Shown in pieces: positions 30,448 to 41,800 of a stretch of DNA of 64,000 nucleotides (the stretch's first letter is position 1; every line of letters starts with the position of its first letter). Below the pieces are notes generated by a model that made no database searches, was not told the origin of the DNA, and saw only the letters and a list, made by a program, of their open reading frames with translations. Origin of the DNA: Nostoc sp. (GTDB lineage: Bacteria; Cyanobacteriota; Cyanobacteriia; Cyanobacteriales; Nostocaceae); the NCBI RefSeq assembly GCF_036916975.1, contig NZ_JBALFF010000050.1, forward strand, positions 40,633 through 104,632. The letters run 5' to 3'. The position numbers were made by a program, and so were the translations under genes.

Positions 30448-32085
30448 TTATTCATCAGGAAAAGTCTGTACCTTGCCATCAGGACTGAGAACAACTCGAA
30501 TTTTGACATTTTGTCCGCGTTTATTGGCGGAAACAAAAGGTTTCCCAACTTCAGGCATCCCAGCGCTATCAATAAAGTCTCTTGCTGACTTATTGAGAGG
30601 AATAATTCGTTCAATTGTGCCGTCAATACTGACTATCAAACTGTACTCTAATGTTTGTCCTAGTCCAGTGGGTGGTTGCCAACGTTTTTTTAAGTATTCT
30701 CTAGCTTGTGCTACTTGGGGTGTATCAAATAATGTGCCAGTAGCCACTTCTGTGGATTTGGGGCTTTGGCGTTCGTTGCCTAATTGATCGATAAAGGGAT
30801 TATTATCCGCAGTTCTAGAGGAGGAAAGTTGTGAAGCAGGTTTCTCTCTAGGAGAAGATTGCTGTAGGGAATTAATTCCTTCGTCTAACTGTTGTGAGGT
30901 TGGTGAGGAGGGTTGGGTAGGGGTATTGCCACTATTGGGTATGGTATCAAGAGATGGGGGGACAACTGGTGAGATATTAGTTTGTAAGCTGCCTGTGTTA
31001 GAAGATAGCCTGGGTGGCAAATCCCGCAGCTTAGGGAGAGTAGCAGGTTGGGTACTTGAGGCTGTAGGGTTCTGTGCAAGATTTGGTAATATAGCAATTT
31101 CCTGACCTGGGATTTTGCTAGATCGTGCGTTAGAGAAGCTCGCCGTTCGCGTAGCGTCTCCAAGAGTTGGCATCGCTCCATTAGTGGAAAGGGTTGCAGT
31201 CTTGCCCTGAGGTATTGTCAGTGCATTTAGAGGTGGCGGTGTAGTGAAACTAGAACTAGGGGCTGTTAGAGGTGCTTGGGGTAAGGTGGATGTGGAAAGT
31301 GGAGGGGTGGAACCTAGCAAATTATCTGATGGAGCAGCTAGCCCAGGTTGAGGCGTGGGAAAGTTTAGTGAGGGTGAAGTTTCTAAAGCAGTCTTTACTG
31401 CTGCTGGATCTGCTGTTTTGGCTTTTTGCTGTTGCTTTTCCCTAAGGTTGTTAGCATATTGCCAAGTAACTGGTAAAAAACCTATACCTAATAATAATAC
31501 TGCGGCAACAGGTGCCCAAGTAGGAAACCTCATCGAAGTACTAGTACTCTTAAGAGTTGGGAGTGCCATGACATCAGTTGAGTACTCATCTAAAGCACTG
31601 GCCAAATCGAATAGTTGCAGCAGACTGAGTTGAATTACCGGGCCGGATGATTGGTTGGCGAGAGAACCGAGAAATAAGTTGTGAGTTAAATGGTTGCTTG
31701 GTTCTAAGTGGATATTTGCCCCAGGAATCTGGGTACTAAAGGAATTTAATGTTTTTGTAGAGGATTTTAATTCCGGCTCACCTAATGCTGTGCTTGACTC
31801 CTGGGTATCGGAGAAACTAACGCAAAAGCTTTCTGGAGACTGTTGCAGAAATTGCTGTACATAGCTTGTGACTGCATCACATAAAGCTTCAAGTTGATCG
31901 CGATCGCCCCGAATTGGAATTTTGTGTTCTTCTGATAGTCGGGGATCATCAAAACGAAGCTCAAAGCTCAGGTGCTTGAGGACAGTTTTCCCCATCCAAC
32001 GCGACAGAGGCGAGCTTTGCGCGAATACTTCTAGCGTGCAAGTAGGGGGTGTGTAGCAACGAATGACAGAATTTGATAGAGGCAT
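30448..32085 (-). CDS. DUF4335 domain protein (TM helix, low-complexity linker, TonB-C-like tail)
   Basis: R.YTPPTCTLE, LSLLQLFDL..ALDEY, W.PP.GL.Q.LEY motifs; start revised to ATG 32085. Confidence 0.85.
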   Translation of the reverse strand: MPLSNSVIRCYTPPTCTLEVFAQSSPLSRWMGKTVLKHLSFELRFDDPRLSEEHKIPIRGDRDQLEALCDAVTSYVQQFLQQSPESFCVSFSDTQESSTALGEPELKSSTKTLNSFSTQIPGANIHLEPSNHLTHNLFLGSLANQSSGPVIQLSLLQLFDLASALDEYSTDVMALPTLKSTSTSMRFPTWAPVAAVLLLGIGFLPVTWQYANNLREKQQQKAKTADPAAVKTALETSPSLNFPTPQPGLAAPSDNLLGSTPPLSTSTLPQAPLTAPSSSFTTPPPLNALTIPQGKTATLSTNGAMPTLGDATRTASFSNARSSKIPGQEIAILPNLAQNPTASSTQPATLPKLRDLPPRLSSNTGSLQTNISPVVPPSLDTIPNSGNTPTQPSSPTSQQLDEGINSLQQSSPREKPASQLSSSRTADNNPFIDQLGNERQSPKSTEVATGTLFDTPQVAQAREYLKKRWQPPTGLGQTLEYSLIVSIDGTIERIIPLNKSARDFIDSAGMPEVGKPFVSANKRGQNVKIRVVLSPDGKVQTFPDE

Positions 32086-32333
32086 GGCAGGAACTGCGAA
32101 GAAGACTATTTGGGATTTTGCAAAAAATTGAGCCAGTTGCTTGCAAAGAAAAGTTGGAAAGGCGGATTCCTCGATTGAGAATTTTGTTAGGTTCCTTCTG
32201 TTATGCAAACTGATGTGCAAAGAGAAAGCAGAGCTGATAGTGCATTACCCAAGAACTAACGATCGTCAAAAGGGAATCCTTGTCTAGCAAACCTTCATAA
32301 GCAAATTTGGTTGAGAAATTTCAAATCTAAAAT

Positions 32334-32939
32334 CTAAAATTTTGTAGAACGGTCTAAAAGTGCTAGCCAGAGACGGCGATGCCCACCAGGAACACTGTAA
32401 AAAAGTAAATCTACAAGCAGTTTTAGGGCCAGGTTGGTAAGTAAATCTGTTGAGATTTTCTCGTCCTCTTCCATCCGCTCTTGGTAAGTGTTGCAAAAAG
32501 CATCAATATAATCTCCAAGTAAAGCAGTCTGGTGAGGTTCCCGGTTATTTTCTGCCATTTGTTCTAAGAGTCCGACAGCGCGGCGAATTAATTCCTGGTG
32601 CTGTTTCGCTAGGTAGCAGATGATCAGAACAAGCGATCGCGCTTCTTCGATATCTAGCTTTTTTCGCCCTCCTTGACCTTTGCGTAGGGGATTTGATTGG
32701 CGCAGTCGCCATAAAGCTACGCGGTCTGGCACTCTTGACTCTAAATTCAGATCAGTTGCCGCCGAAAGCATAGCCTCTGAACCAATCCCAGTTAAGGTTT
32801 CTAGCGCCAACAGCACCAAGTCTAATTGGGTTTTTATATTGTCCCATTGAACTGTGTTTGGGGCTGGAAGCTTGATTAAATCCTCCCACTGGGAATTTGG
32901 TGTGGCTGAGTTGGTGGCCGAGTGCATAACTTTTAGCAT
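32334..32939 (-). CDS. DUF3038 domain protein
   Basis: LDLVLLALE.L, VALWRLRQSNPLR motifs; adjacent to DUF4335. Confidence 0.88.
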   Translation of the reverse strand: MLKVMHSATNSATPNSQWEDLIKLPAPNTVQWDNIKTQLDLVLLALETLTGIGSEAMLSAATDLNLESRVPDRVALWRLRQSNPLRKGQGGRKKLDIEEARSLVLIICYLAKQHQELIRRAVGLLEQMAENNREPHQTALLGDYIDAFCNTYQERMEEDEKISTDLLTNLALKLLVDLLFYSVPGGHRRLWLALLDRSTKF

Positions 32940-33791
32940 AGGTGATCAAGCTGATAGAGGATGTTGCTGTTACCCATTTTGAAACCAGACTCTCAAGCAT
33001 TAACCTTGGTTTCCCATAGGTATGAGCCAGAGACTTCAGGTAGATTTTTTATGTGATGAGCAGCAGGTATCTTTGTCCTACTCTAGATGAAAATTTATTT
33101 TCAACAAAGTAGAAAAGTATCAATTCTAGTTAAGGTTTACCCGACTTTCGCTGGTAGTTCCGTACAAGAGTATAAATAAACAATGTTTTGAATGTTAACT
33201 GCTAATTCTCGCTAAGTAATTATGTAGAGTACCTCCTAATTTATTTGCGGCTTTTAATTTTGAAATTTATTGTGTTTATTATTTGGTCTTCATGTATACA
33301 TAATTACTATACAAATTTTTTGTCTGTTTGCTAAAGATGCTTCTTGCTGCTGGACACGATCCCAATACCGGTTATTTCAGGACAGGCTGGGCAACATCAG
33401 GACGATAGTAAAGTTACTTTTGAGTTGATAGTACCTGTGGCTACTCACCAGAGGCGGGTTGCTTTACGAGGTAATAACCCAAGTTGCTAGTTACTCTTAT
33501 GGGCAGAGTCATAGCGATCGCAATGGGTGTGTTAAGCAATAAAATGCCCTCCAAGAAGAAAATTAGGAGGCTATATGCTAAGAATCTATTTCACTAATGC
33601 GAAAATGTAATAATTTACTTCTGGGTTCAGTTGAGTTGAGAGTCTATCCCAGTAATAATATTTTATTAACAAAGTTTGGGGGTTTAACAAAGTTCGGCTT
33701 CAGATGCGGTACAACATTATATCACTAGGTGTAGGGGCTTGTCTAAGACAAGCCCCTACGGATGTACCTCACATAAACGAGAAGGGCTATA

Positions 33792-34346
33792 TCACATTCT
33801 CGCTTTAGTGGAATCGATTCCTACAAGTTTGCTCTTTTGTAAATAATCTGTATAGCCTTGAATATTTTCTGGTTCAAATTGACGCAGTACGCGTGTAGCT
33901 TCGCGGATTAAATCCTCATTTCCGGTAACTGCAATTAAGTATTTGCCAGCATTCAGACGGTTACGATAAGGTAAAGCATCGCCACTGCTAACTGTTAACC
34001 CGACAGTTCGACCGATTAAACCAGCGCCCAAAGCACCGGCTATACCTCCTAAGATCCCAGCAAGAAATTCATTGCCAAATCGAGCAAATTGGGGAAATAT
34101 TTCAACTTCTGTGAGATGGTTGAAGGCATAACCTGCAACAAATCCAAAGGTTACGAGCGACCAAAGGAGCCGATTTGATTGTTTGCGGGCTTGCTTGTCG
34201 GGATCAATTAGTCCAAATTCATCAGCACTGAGATAACCATCGCCCAAAATATTAACTTGTGAACTTGGCAAGCCTGCTTTTTCTAGAGCAGAGTAGGCGG
34301 CTTCTGCTTGTATTCGATCTGGTAAAACTGCAACAAGGTAATTCAT
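33792..34346 (-). CDS. Conserved cyanobacterial membrane protein
   Basis: MNYLVAVLPDRIQAEAAY..LE, ADEFGLIDP, GDALPYRNRLNAGKYL; two TM helices. Confidence 0.8.
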   Translation of the reverse strand: MNYLVAVLPDRIQAEAAYSALEKAGLPSSQVNILGDGYLSADEFGLIDPDKQARKQSNRLLWSLVTFGFVAGYAFNHLTEVEIFPQFARFGNEFLAGILGGIAGALGAGLIGRTVGLTVSSGDALPYRNRLNAGKYLIAVTGNEDLIREATRVLRQFEPENIQGYTDYLQKSKLVGIDSTKARM

Positions 34347-34475
34347 AAGGATTTCGTTTTTAACAAAGTTTTTTTGTGCAGAATTAATAAAACTGCTTAA
34401 TACCATCCCAGACAAATTCAAGCTTTGTACTTAAATTAGTTGTCGCACCTGATACCTGATCTGAGAGAATTTTGA

Positions 34476-34528
34476 TACTCCCCAGTCGTAAATAGTATCA
34501 ATCAGAACTTCGCCGCAGTTCTAGCCAT
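34476..34528 (-). pseudogene. 5' remnant of a pyruvate oxidase-like ThDP enzyme gene
   Basis: AAGGAG RBS then ATG; restoring 1 nt gives MARTAGEVLIDTIYDWGV; the sequence then breaks off. Confidence 0.45.
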
Positions 34529-34600
34529 AAATAAGTTTCTCCTTATATGGGTATTGGGCGTTGAAAGGGGGCAGTTCTTGCTGGGGAGGCGAAATCAATC

Positions 34601-34707
34601 AAGTGTATTATGGACTATTTATAGTAGCAACAATTACTAACTTTTTTCTTTACCTCCCCTGCTCAAGAAGGCTCATTGGACGATGATCTCACTTTTTCGC
34701 GTTGCTT
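34601..34707 (-). repeat. About 110-bp dispersed element, copy B
   Basis: Reverse complement matches 27333-27443. Confidence 0.8.
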
Positions 34708-34812
34708 TGGGGGAAAGGGGGCTTCGGAATTCGCATTGAGAATGTGGTCGGCAAAGATTGCCCCTGCACCTGCACCGATAAAGCCTATTCCTTTTAAAAA
34801 ATGTCGCCGCTT
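34663..34812 (-). pseudogene. Fragment encoding a Tat signal peptide fused to the dispersed element
   Basis: KRRHFLKGIGFIGAGAGAIFAD...; no in-frame start codon found. Confidence 0.4.
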
Positions 34813-34983
34813 TACCTCTAAAGGTAGATGCTTTTAGTCAGCTTCATCATTATTTTTTACCATTGATTTCCCATAATTTAAAATACTTAGTAATTTTGCA
34901 AAATTCGCCCAACAATTACATAATTAGTAATTTAATTCTTAACTACGAATTACGAATTACGAATTAGTAATTATTTAAAGGCG

Positions 34984-35436
34984 TTATGGCGTAGAAAAAC
35001 TAATTGTTTGGGGCTGAAAACTTGATGCACTATCCCAATAATTAACTTGGCTAATATTCACCTGAAGCAAAGCAATATCGGGTTCCTCCAGTCCTTTACG
35101 AAACCAGGTTTGAAGTTCCGGCTTCCATAGCTCTTGCATCTTAGTACGGTCTTTCACCAGTTGTGCTGTACCTGAGATAGAAACGTATCGCTGCTGTTCG
35201 GGTGACGAAAAACTAATATTTACCTGCTTATAGTGTTCAATCTCAGTTACCTTATGGGAAGCAGCATAAGTAAAGAACCAGAGTGTGGCTTCAGAGTTAA
35301 TCTCACCACTTTTTGACATGGGGTAACTATGCAAACTGCCATCATCATCAACTGTGGTAAACATACCATAATCAATATTTTTAATTAGTTCATGCAGCTT
35401 TCTAATCTCTTGCTCGCGGTCTGTAGATGTTGCCAT
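34984..35436 (-). CDS. General stress protein 26 / pyridoxamine 5'-phosphate oxidase-like FMN-binding protein
   Basis: MFTT...G.LHS.PM, LWFFT, YVSISG.A, LW, WF..G...PDIALL motifs. Confidence 0.9.
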   Translation of the reverse strand: MATSTDREQEIRKLHELIKNIDYGMFTTVDDDGSLHSYPMSKSGEINSEATLWFFTYAASHKVTEIEHYKQVNISFSSPEQQRYVSISGTAQLVKDRTKMQELWKPELQTWFRKGLEEPDIALLQVNISQVNYWDSASSFQPQTISFSTP

Positions 35437-35995
35437 TGTTTGTACTCTTTTCTCTATTTGCTTTTTCTTGACTGTAATTTTTGATACAATCAGGTTTAAT
35501 GTTTGTAAAGTTATTTTTCAGTATCAGCCTTTTTTGTTTAAATTGCGTGAGCCTACAGATGGAATTATCCTAAAATTAACTTTTTTAGTTCTCTCTATAG
35601 AGAGATTGGTTAAGAGTGACTTTTCTGTGCATATACAACTTATAAGCATAGTAATACCAATTCTGTATGAAGATGCGCTAAACCATATTTAACTACAAGA
35701 AAGAAAAGCGAACCGCAAAGTCCGCAAAGAACACAAAGAAAGAAAGAAAGAAGAAGTTAAAAGGGTTTGGCGCAGCCTCACAAAGAAATGGTATAAAATG
35801 ACTTTTGTGCTTATTTCTTTAGACATAAATTTTATAAATTTTTCCAGTCCACCAAAATCTCCGATTTGGTGGGGAACTTAAACCATGCACCCTCATTGTC
35901 GCGGCAGGAGACTGAGAGCAGCATTCCTTTTGCCTCCTGCCCTGTACAACCAGAAAGCCCAAAATTAAAGCACGCGTGACTTCCGCTTTGCGGTA

Positions 35996-37837
35996 CTAGT
36001 CGAGCTTCGCTTTCAGAGGAAGCACAATTGAGAATTCAGTTCCCTGTCCCAAAGTAGAATTGACGTTAATCATTCCTGTGTGTCGTTCAACAACAATTTG
36101 ATAAGCACTTGTTAATCCCAATCCCGCTCCTTGACCCACGGGCCTTGTTGTAAAGAAAGGGTCAAAGATTCGCAAGCGATTTTCTTCGGAAATACCAACT
36201 CCATTATCAGTAATAGAGATATTAATCCAATCCTCATCTTTTATAAATGTCTGAATTGTGATAGAGGGTGCAGATTGATCGGACTCATGCAGAGCGCTAA
36301 TTGCGTTATTAAAAATATTTATAAATGCCTGATTTATTTGTCCTGCATAACATTTTACTAGAGGCAAAGTTCCATATTTTTTAATTATCTTAATTTCTGG
36401 TTTATTAGATATAGCTTGCAACCGATGATTCAAAATCATCAGTGTATTATCTAATCCTTCATGAATATCTACGAGCTTTATATCTGCTTCGTCAAGACGT
36501 GCAAAATTGCGAAGAGACAGGACAATTGTACGGATGCGAGTAGTTCCTGAACTCATCGAATCTATTAGCTTGGGCAAATCTTTGGCGATAAACTCAATAT
36601 CAAGTTCTTCGAGTTGATAACTAATTTGGGGTGTAGGATTTGTATAGGTTTGTTGGTATAACTCTAACAAATTAAGGATGCCGTCACTGTATTCGCCGAT
36701 ATGGATAAGATTGCTATGAATGAAACCAATAGGATTATTAATTTCGTGGGCAACCCCAGCCACTAATTGTCCTAGACTAGACATTTTTTCGGTTTGCAAA
36801 AGTTGCGCCTGGGTATTCTGTAGTTCTTTTAAGGTTGCACTTAGTTGCTGCGTTTGTTGGCTATAACTGAGGGCGCGATCGCAAATTTGTTCATACATCT
36901 GTACTTGCCTCCATGCCCCAACTAGCCCCACTATTAGTAAGCCCCCTAAGACCACAGCCAATAGGTTTAAGACTTGCAAAGGTGATTCAATATTTTCTCG
37001 TGGCACAACTAGCGCCACAGACCAATTTGCCTCCTTCATTGGGGTGTAGGCAATATAGTTCCACTTGCCATCTAATTGCACTAATTGAATACTGGTACGT
37101 TTGTCTACCATCTGCCGTGTTATTTCAGCTAACTTAAGATTGGGCGAGTCTAAAAAACTGTCTGCTGGTTTTTCGGGTGAACCAATTAAACTCTTGTTGG
37201 GATGAGCGATGGGAATTCCCTTAGAGTTGAGGGCGAAGGCATAGCTTTTCTTACCTTGATGCAAATTACTAATAACTTCAACCACTTTGTCAATCGGAAT
37301 GCCTCCCATTAATACACCACTGGGACTTGTATTTATTTTGCCAGAAATTGGTGAACTGATCTGAATTTGTAGTGCTTGAGATGTTCTTCCAACTATTGGA
37401 TCGGCTGCGGCAATTTCCCCTGCCATACTGCGTCGAAAAAATTCCCGATCCTTAACGTTTGGCTGACCACCTTGAGTATTAATCAAGCCACCATCAGGCT
37501 TTACTAGTGCTATCAACAAAAATGTCCGTAACCGTGCTACCTCAGATTGCAAATAAGGTTTCATAAGCTGCCAATCTAGCGATCGCACGACTGGAGAATT
37601 TGCCAAAGTATTGATTTCTGTTTTACGAATGGATAACCATTGATCGATATCATTGCGACCTTGTTCTGCTTTGAACAGCGCTTGCTGTTTCAGGTTTTCC
37701 AGGAGCATCACTTTGAGAATGTTATAACTGGTGATTGCGGTTACTCCAATGCCCATAGACAAGGTAATGACAATGAGCAATAATATCTGCGATCGTCTCT
37801 TCAATTGTTCGGGAACAATATTAGTCTTGTTAGACAT
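35996..37837 (-). CDS. Membrane sensor histidine kinase with dCache domain
   Basis: Two TM helices flanking DREFF/IAYTP Cache features; H-box AHEINNP; N, G1, F and G2 boxes. Confidence 0.93.
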   Translation of the reverse strand: MSNKTNIVPEQLKRRSQILLLIVITLSMGIGVTAITSYNILKVMLLENLKQQALFKAEQGRNDIDQWLSIRKTEINTLANSPVVRSLDWQLMKPYLQSEVARLRTFLLIALVKPDGGLINTQGGQPNVKDREFFRRSMAGEIAAADPIVGRTSQALQIQISSPISGKINTSPSGVLMGGIPIDKVVEVISNLHQGKKSYAFALNSKGIPIAHPNKSLIGSPEKPADSFLDSPNLKLAEITRQMVDKRTSIQLVQLDGKWNYIAYTPMKEANWSVALVVPRENIESPLQVLNLLAVVLGGLLIVGLVGAWRQVQMYEQICDRALSYSQQTQQLSATLKELQNTQAQLLQTEKMSSLGQLVAGVAHEINNPIGFIHSNLIHIGEYSDGILNLLELYQQTYTNPTPQISYQLEELDIEFIAKDLPKLIDSMSSGTTRIRTIVLSLRNFARLDEADIKLVDIHEGLDNTLMILNHRLQAISNKPEIKIIKKYGTLPLVKCYAGQINQAFINIFNNAISALHESDQSAPSITIQTFIKDEDWINISITDNGVGISEENRLRIFDPFFTTRPVGQGAGLGLTSAYQIVVERHTGMINVNSTLGQGTEFSIVLPLKAKLD

Positions 37838-37901
37838 TAATTAAACCTGAATAAATTTGGTATGTTTGGTATATAAGCGTGAAATAATTGCTAATAAATC
37901 A

Positions 37902-38793
37902 CTAATTTATACTGCTGATAGGCAAGGTAATTAAAAATTCTGTTCCCTGTCCTAATATAGATGTATCTTCAATGTTTCCCCCATGCCCTTCAACAAGAAT
38001 TTGACGAGCGATCGCTAACCCCAAGCCTGTACCTTTACCAACAGCTTTAGTAGTAAATAAGTGGTTAAATATTTTTGATTTTACTTTTTCATTCATCCCT
38101 TTACCATTATCAGCAATGGCAATTTTAATGCTTTTATTTTCGACGAAGGTTCTAATTGTAATCCGATTTACATTAAATTTAATTTCTTCAAAATTGCGTC
38201 CTTTATTAGATTCATCTAATGCATCAATGGCATTCGCTAAAAGATTCATAAATACCTGATTTAATTGGCCAGGGAAGCATTTAATTGGAGGTAAATCACC
38301 ATAGTCAGTAACAACTTCAATCGTGGGACGGTGTTCATTTGCCTTAAGATGATGTTTAAGAATGAGAATTGTGCTGTCGATACCTTCATGGATGTTAAAT
38401 GGCACTTTGTAATCTCTATCAGCACGAGAGAAAGTACGTAAACTGGTGCTGATATTTTTTAAGCGATCGCACAAATCCCTACTCCCGACTCCCTACTCCC
38501 CACTCCTTTAAAGAAATCCCCCCAAAGTCTTCCATCACCAGCGCATAACCATTTTGGTAGGCTTCGAGGCTGTAGGTTTGGCCGATTAACGGTGAGTTGA
38601 GATTTTTAGCAATGGTGTACTGATTGCGAAACGACAAGAGTTCAGAGAAGCTGGGATAAGGATTTTTCAGTAGTTTAATCACTACTGGTAATGAGTTAAG
38701 TTTTTGATACCCTCGATAAACTAAAGTTCTAGAACCATTGTAGAGTTCTTCGCTGACTTGATATCCGGGAATATTGGCAAAACTGCTAACCAT
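37902..38793 (-). pseudogene. Internally deleted Ser/Thr kinase-His kinase hybrid (copy C): kinase N-lobe joined out of frame to the HATPase part
   Basis: 38793-38479 nearly identical to the start of copy B; 38474-37902 similar to the C-terminus of copy A; about 4.5 kb missing relative to A; H-box absent. Confidence 0.9.
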
Positions 38794-38867
38794 ACCGCTA
38801 AATCCTAATGATTTACAGATATAGTGTTCCCAGATATATCAAGTTTTTTATTAACAAGAGCAAAAAT

Positions 38868-41800
38868 TTACACCGGAATTTCAATGATAAATTCTGTACC
38901 CTCTCCTGGTGTGGAAATGCAGCTTAACTGGCCTCCATGTTTTTCTACCACAATCGAATAGCTAGTTGATAATCCCAAGCCTGTACCACTACCTACTGAT
39001 TTAGTTGTAAAAAATGGATTAAATATATTATTTCGCACAGTCTCGCTTATCCCTATACCGTTGTCTGCAATGCGAATAATTACCTTTTTTGGTTCTTTTA
39101 ATTCAGTCTGAATAATAATAGTCGGTTGGGAATTTTTCTCTGATGCTTCTAGGGCATCAATGGCATTGTTGAGAATATTCATAAACACCTGATTGAGAGC
39201 AGACGCATAACAATTAACTAAAGGTAGTTGACCATATTTTTGAATAACTGCAATCTCTGGGTGTTTACTATTACTCTCAAGTCGATGCTGCAAAAATAAC
39301 AGCGTGCTATCAATCCCAGAATGAATGTCTACTCCTTTTATTTCTGATTCATCCAACCGGGAAAAGTTTCGCAGTGAGAGGACAATTTGACAGATGCGAT
39401 CTGCTCCTGCCTTCATCGAGGACAGGATCTTTTGTAAATCATTTACCAGAAATTCTAGTTCAATATCGGCGATTTTTTGGGCAATCTCTGGCAATGGTTG
39501 CGGATAAAGTTGTTGATATAAATTATTTAATTCAATCAAGGATGCAACATATTCACTCGCTGGTTGTAAATTGCCATAGATAAAATTAATTGGATTATTA
39601 ATTTCATGAGCAATCCCAGCAACTAGCTGTCCCAAACTAGACATTTTTTCTGATTGAATTAGTTGGGCTTGAGTCGAGTAAAGTTTCTCCAGTGTTAATT
39701 CTAACTGAGTTGCTTTTTCTGTTATTTCTTCGGTCCGTTCTTTTACTTTTTGCTCCAAAGTATGGGAATAATTTTCTAATTTGTGATATAATTGACTGTT
39801 TTCTAGAGAAATAGCTACTTGAGTAGTGAGGAGTTTGAGAACTTGTAGGCGATCGCTGGTAAAGGCTCCCACCGTCAGGTTATTTTCTAGGTACAAAATG
39901 CCAATCAACTTGCTTTGGTTGAGAAGTGGCGCACAGAGAATACTCTTGGGTGAATGGCGCAGAATATATGGATCAGCCGCTAGGGTTGGCTCGACTACTG
40001 CATTGTCAATTACAGCCAATGAAAGGGTGTTTTTGACCCGATTGATCAGTGCAACAGGTACTGTTTGATGATCCTCAAAAGGCAGCGAACCCAAAATAAT
40101 CGCAGGCCCTTCGAGTTGGGATAATGCCTCAATTACCCAGCGCGAGCCTTTTGGCATCAGCAACGCACATTTATCAGCTCCGGCATTTTTGAGTATGACC
40201 TGAAGTAGAGTGGAGAGTAATTTATCCAACTCAATTTCACTAGAGAGAGATTGAGAAGCTTGGAGAATAGTTGCCAGATCGAGGGCTTCTGAGAGGCTAG
40301 TATTACTTAAGCTGGAACTTTGGATCGTGTTATGAGAAATAGGAATCATCGTTTCCATCAGTTTTAAAGATGGTTGCTGTTTTTGCAAAATTGTTGCAAG
40401 TACCTGGGGATAGCGGGTTTCTAGCTCGACAACTTTGGCTTTTGCTCCCCACCGAGCGTAACAGTAATAGGCTTCTTGCATATAACTTGCGGCAACTTTT
40501 TCTTTGCCCCAATCGAGATAGAATTTGGCGGTAAGTTCGTTAGCTAAGGCTTCTTCGTTAACGAATTGGTTTTCTTTAGCGAGTTGAATGGCGCGATCGT
40601 AGTGTTCGATCGCCGAGAGATCATTATCCTGCTGGTGCTTCGGCAACATCACCGTTTCATCGTAGGCAGTGCCAATTAAGCAATCGGGTTGACTTACCCT
40701 TTCTCTGAATTGCTGCACCATTTGCCGCATCAAAGACAAAAGAATATACGCTAAATCTTGTTTTAACTGAACCAGGGCAGCACTGTAAGCGGCTAATTCG
40801 GATGCCAACTTGTCTAGGTCTACACCTGCAAAAATCGCATTATAGGCGTAACCTAATATGCTGTAGCCAGTGTAGAGAAAATCACCTGTTTCTATGGCAG
40901 CAGTGTAGGCTTCTTTCAGCGTTGGTAGCGTTGCCAAGAGTGCTTCCTGGCGAGGCTGGATGAAATACCCAAACAGGTTTAGAGTGCTGGGCTTCATTTT
41001 CCGATTATTCAACCTTTCCAGCAACGAAAGGGCTAATCGACCAAATTCGTAACCTGTTTTTACTTCCCCGAGCAAAGCACACAGCACTATACCATGAATC
41101 ACATATCCTGTCGTTGAGGCGGGGGAATTGCCAAACTGGAGCGACAACCGTACCATTGTCGCGCTCAACAGGGGCATTAAACCTGGCATTCCTTGCAACA
41201 CTGGGGGAAACAAGATTCCTAACAGTTGCATCGCTGCGTAGGCGTAGCCCGCCGTAGGCATCGCTGTCGGTTCATTCATTACCGGCAAATCAATCAGCCC
41301 ACTAATCTCTCTACCCTGGAGTTGCTGGTTAAGGTCTTGTAGCGCTTTGCCGATTTGGGCTTCATCTGGCGCATTGGGGAATTCTATCCCCAATGGCGCT
41401 AGAGCCTCGATTCCGACTGCGATCGCTGCTAACATTTGGCTCCCAGCAAGTAGTGCCGCGATTTGAATTTCGTAGATTTTCACTTTGTCTAAAATCGTCT
41501 GTGCTTGCTGTAATACCACTGCGGCAAGCTGTTTCATGCTTTCAAGATCACCATTCAAATAGCTGGCTTCTGTTGCTGCGACATATAGATTCAGAGTCAA
41601 TTCATACTGACTTTGCCAACAATTGACCTCTAGTAGCTCAATTCCAGTTTGTAGATACAGTCTGGCGGCGGTGTATGCAGTTGAACTTCTGGCTTTAACA
41701 CCAGCTTTTAAGTTGAGTTGCGCTAAGGCTTCTCGTTCCTGCTGTTGAGTAATTAATCCTTGTCCTTGGTTCAAATGCAAAACAATATCAAACAGTTTTT

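Noticed and set aside
33300-33600. Possible gene remnant between DUF3038 and the membrane protein
   Set aside because: The frames I translated gave nothing recognisable.
38461-38500. Clean HIP1-to-HIP1 recombination as the cause of the copy C deletion
   Set aside because: Only the C-terminal breakpoint is next to HIP1. The N-terminal one is in the STRR tract, about 35 nt before the kinase-domain HIP1.
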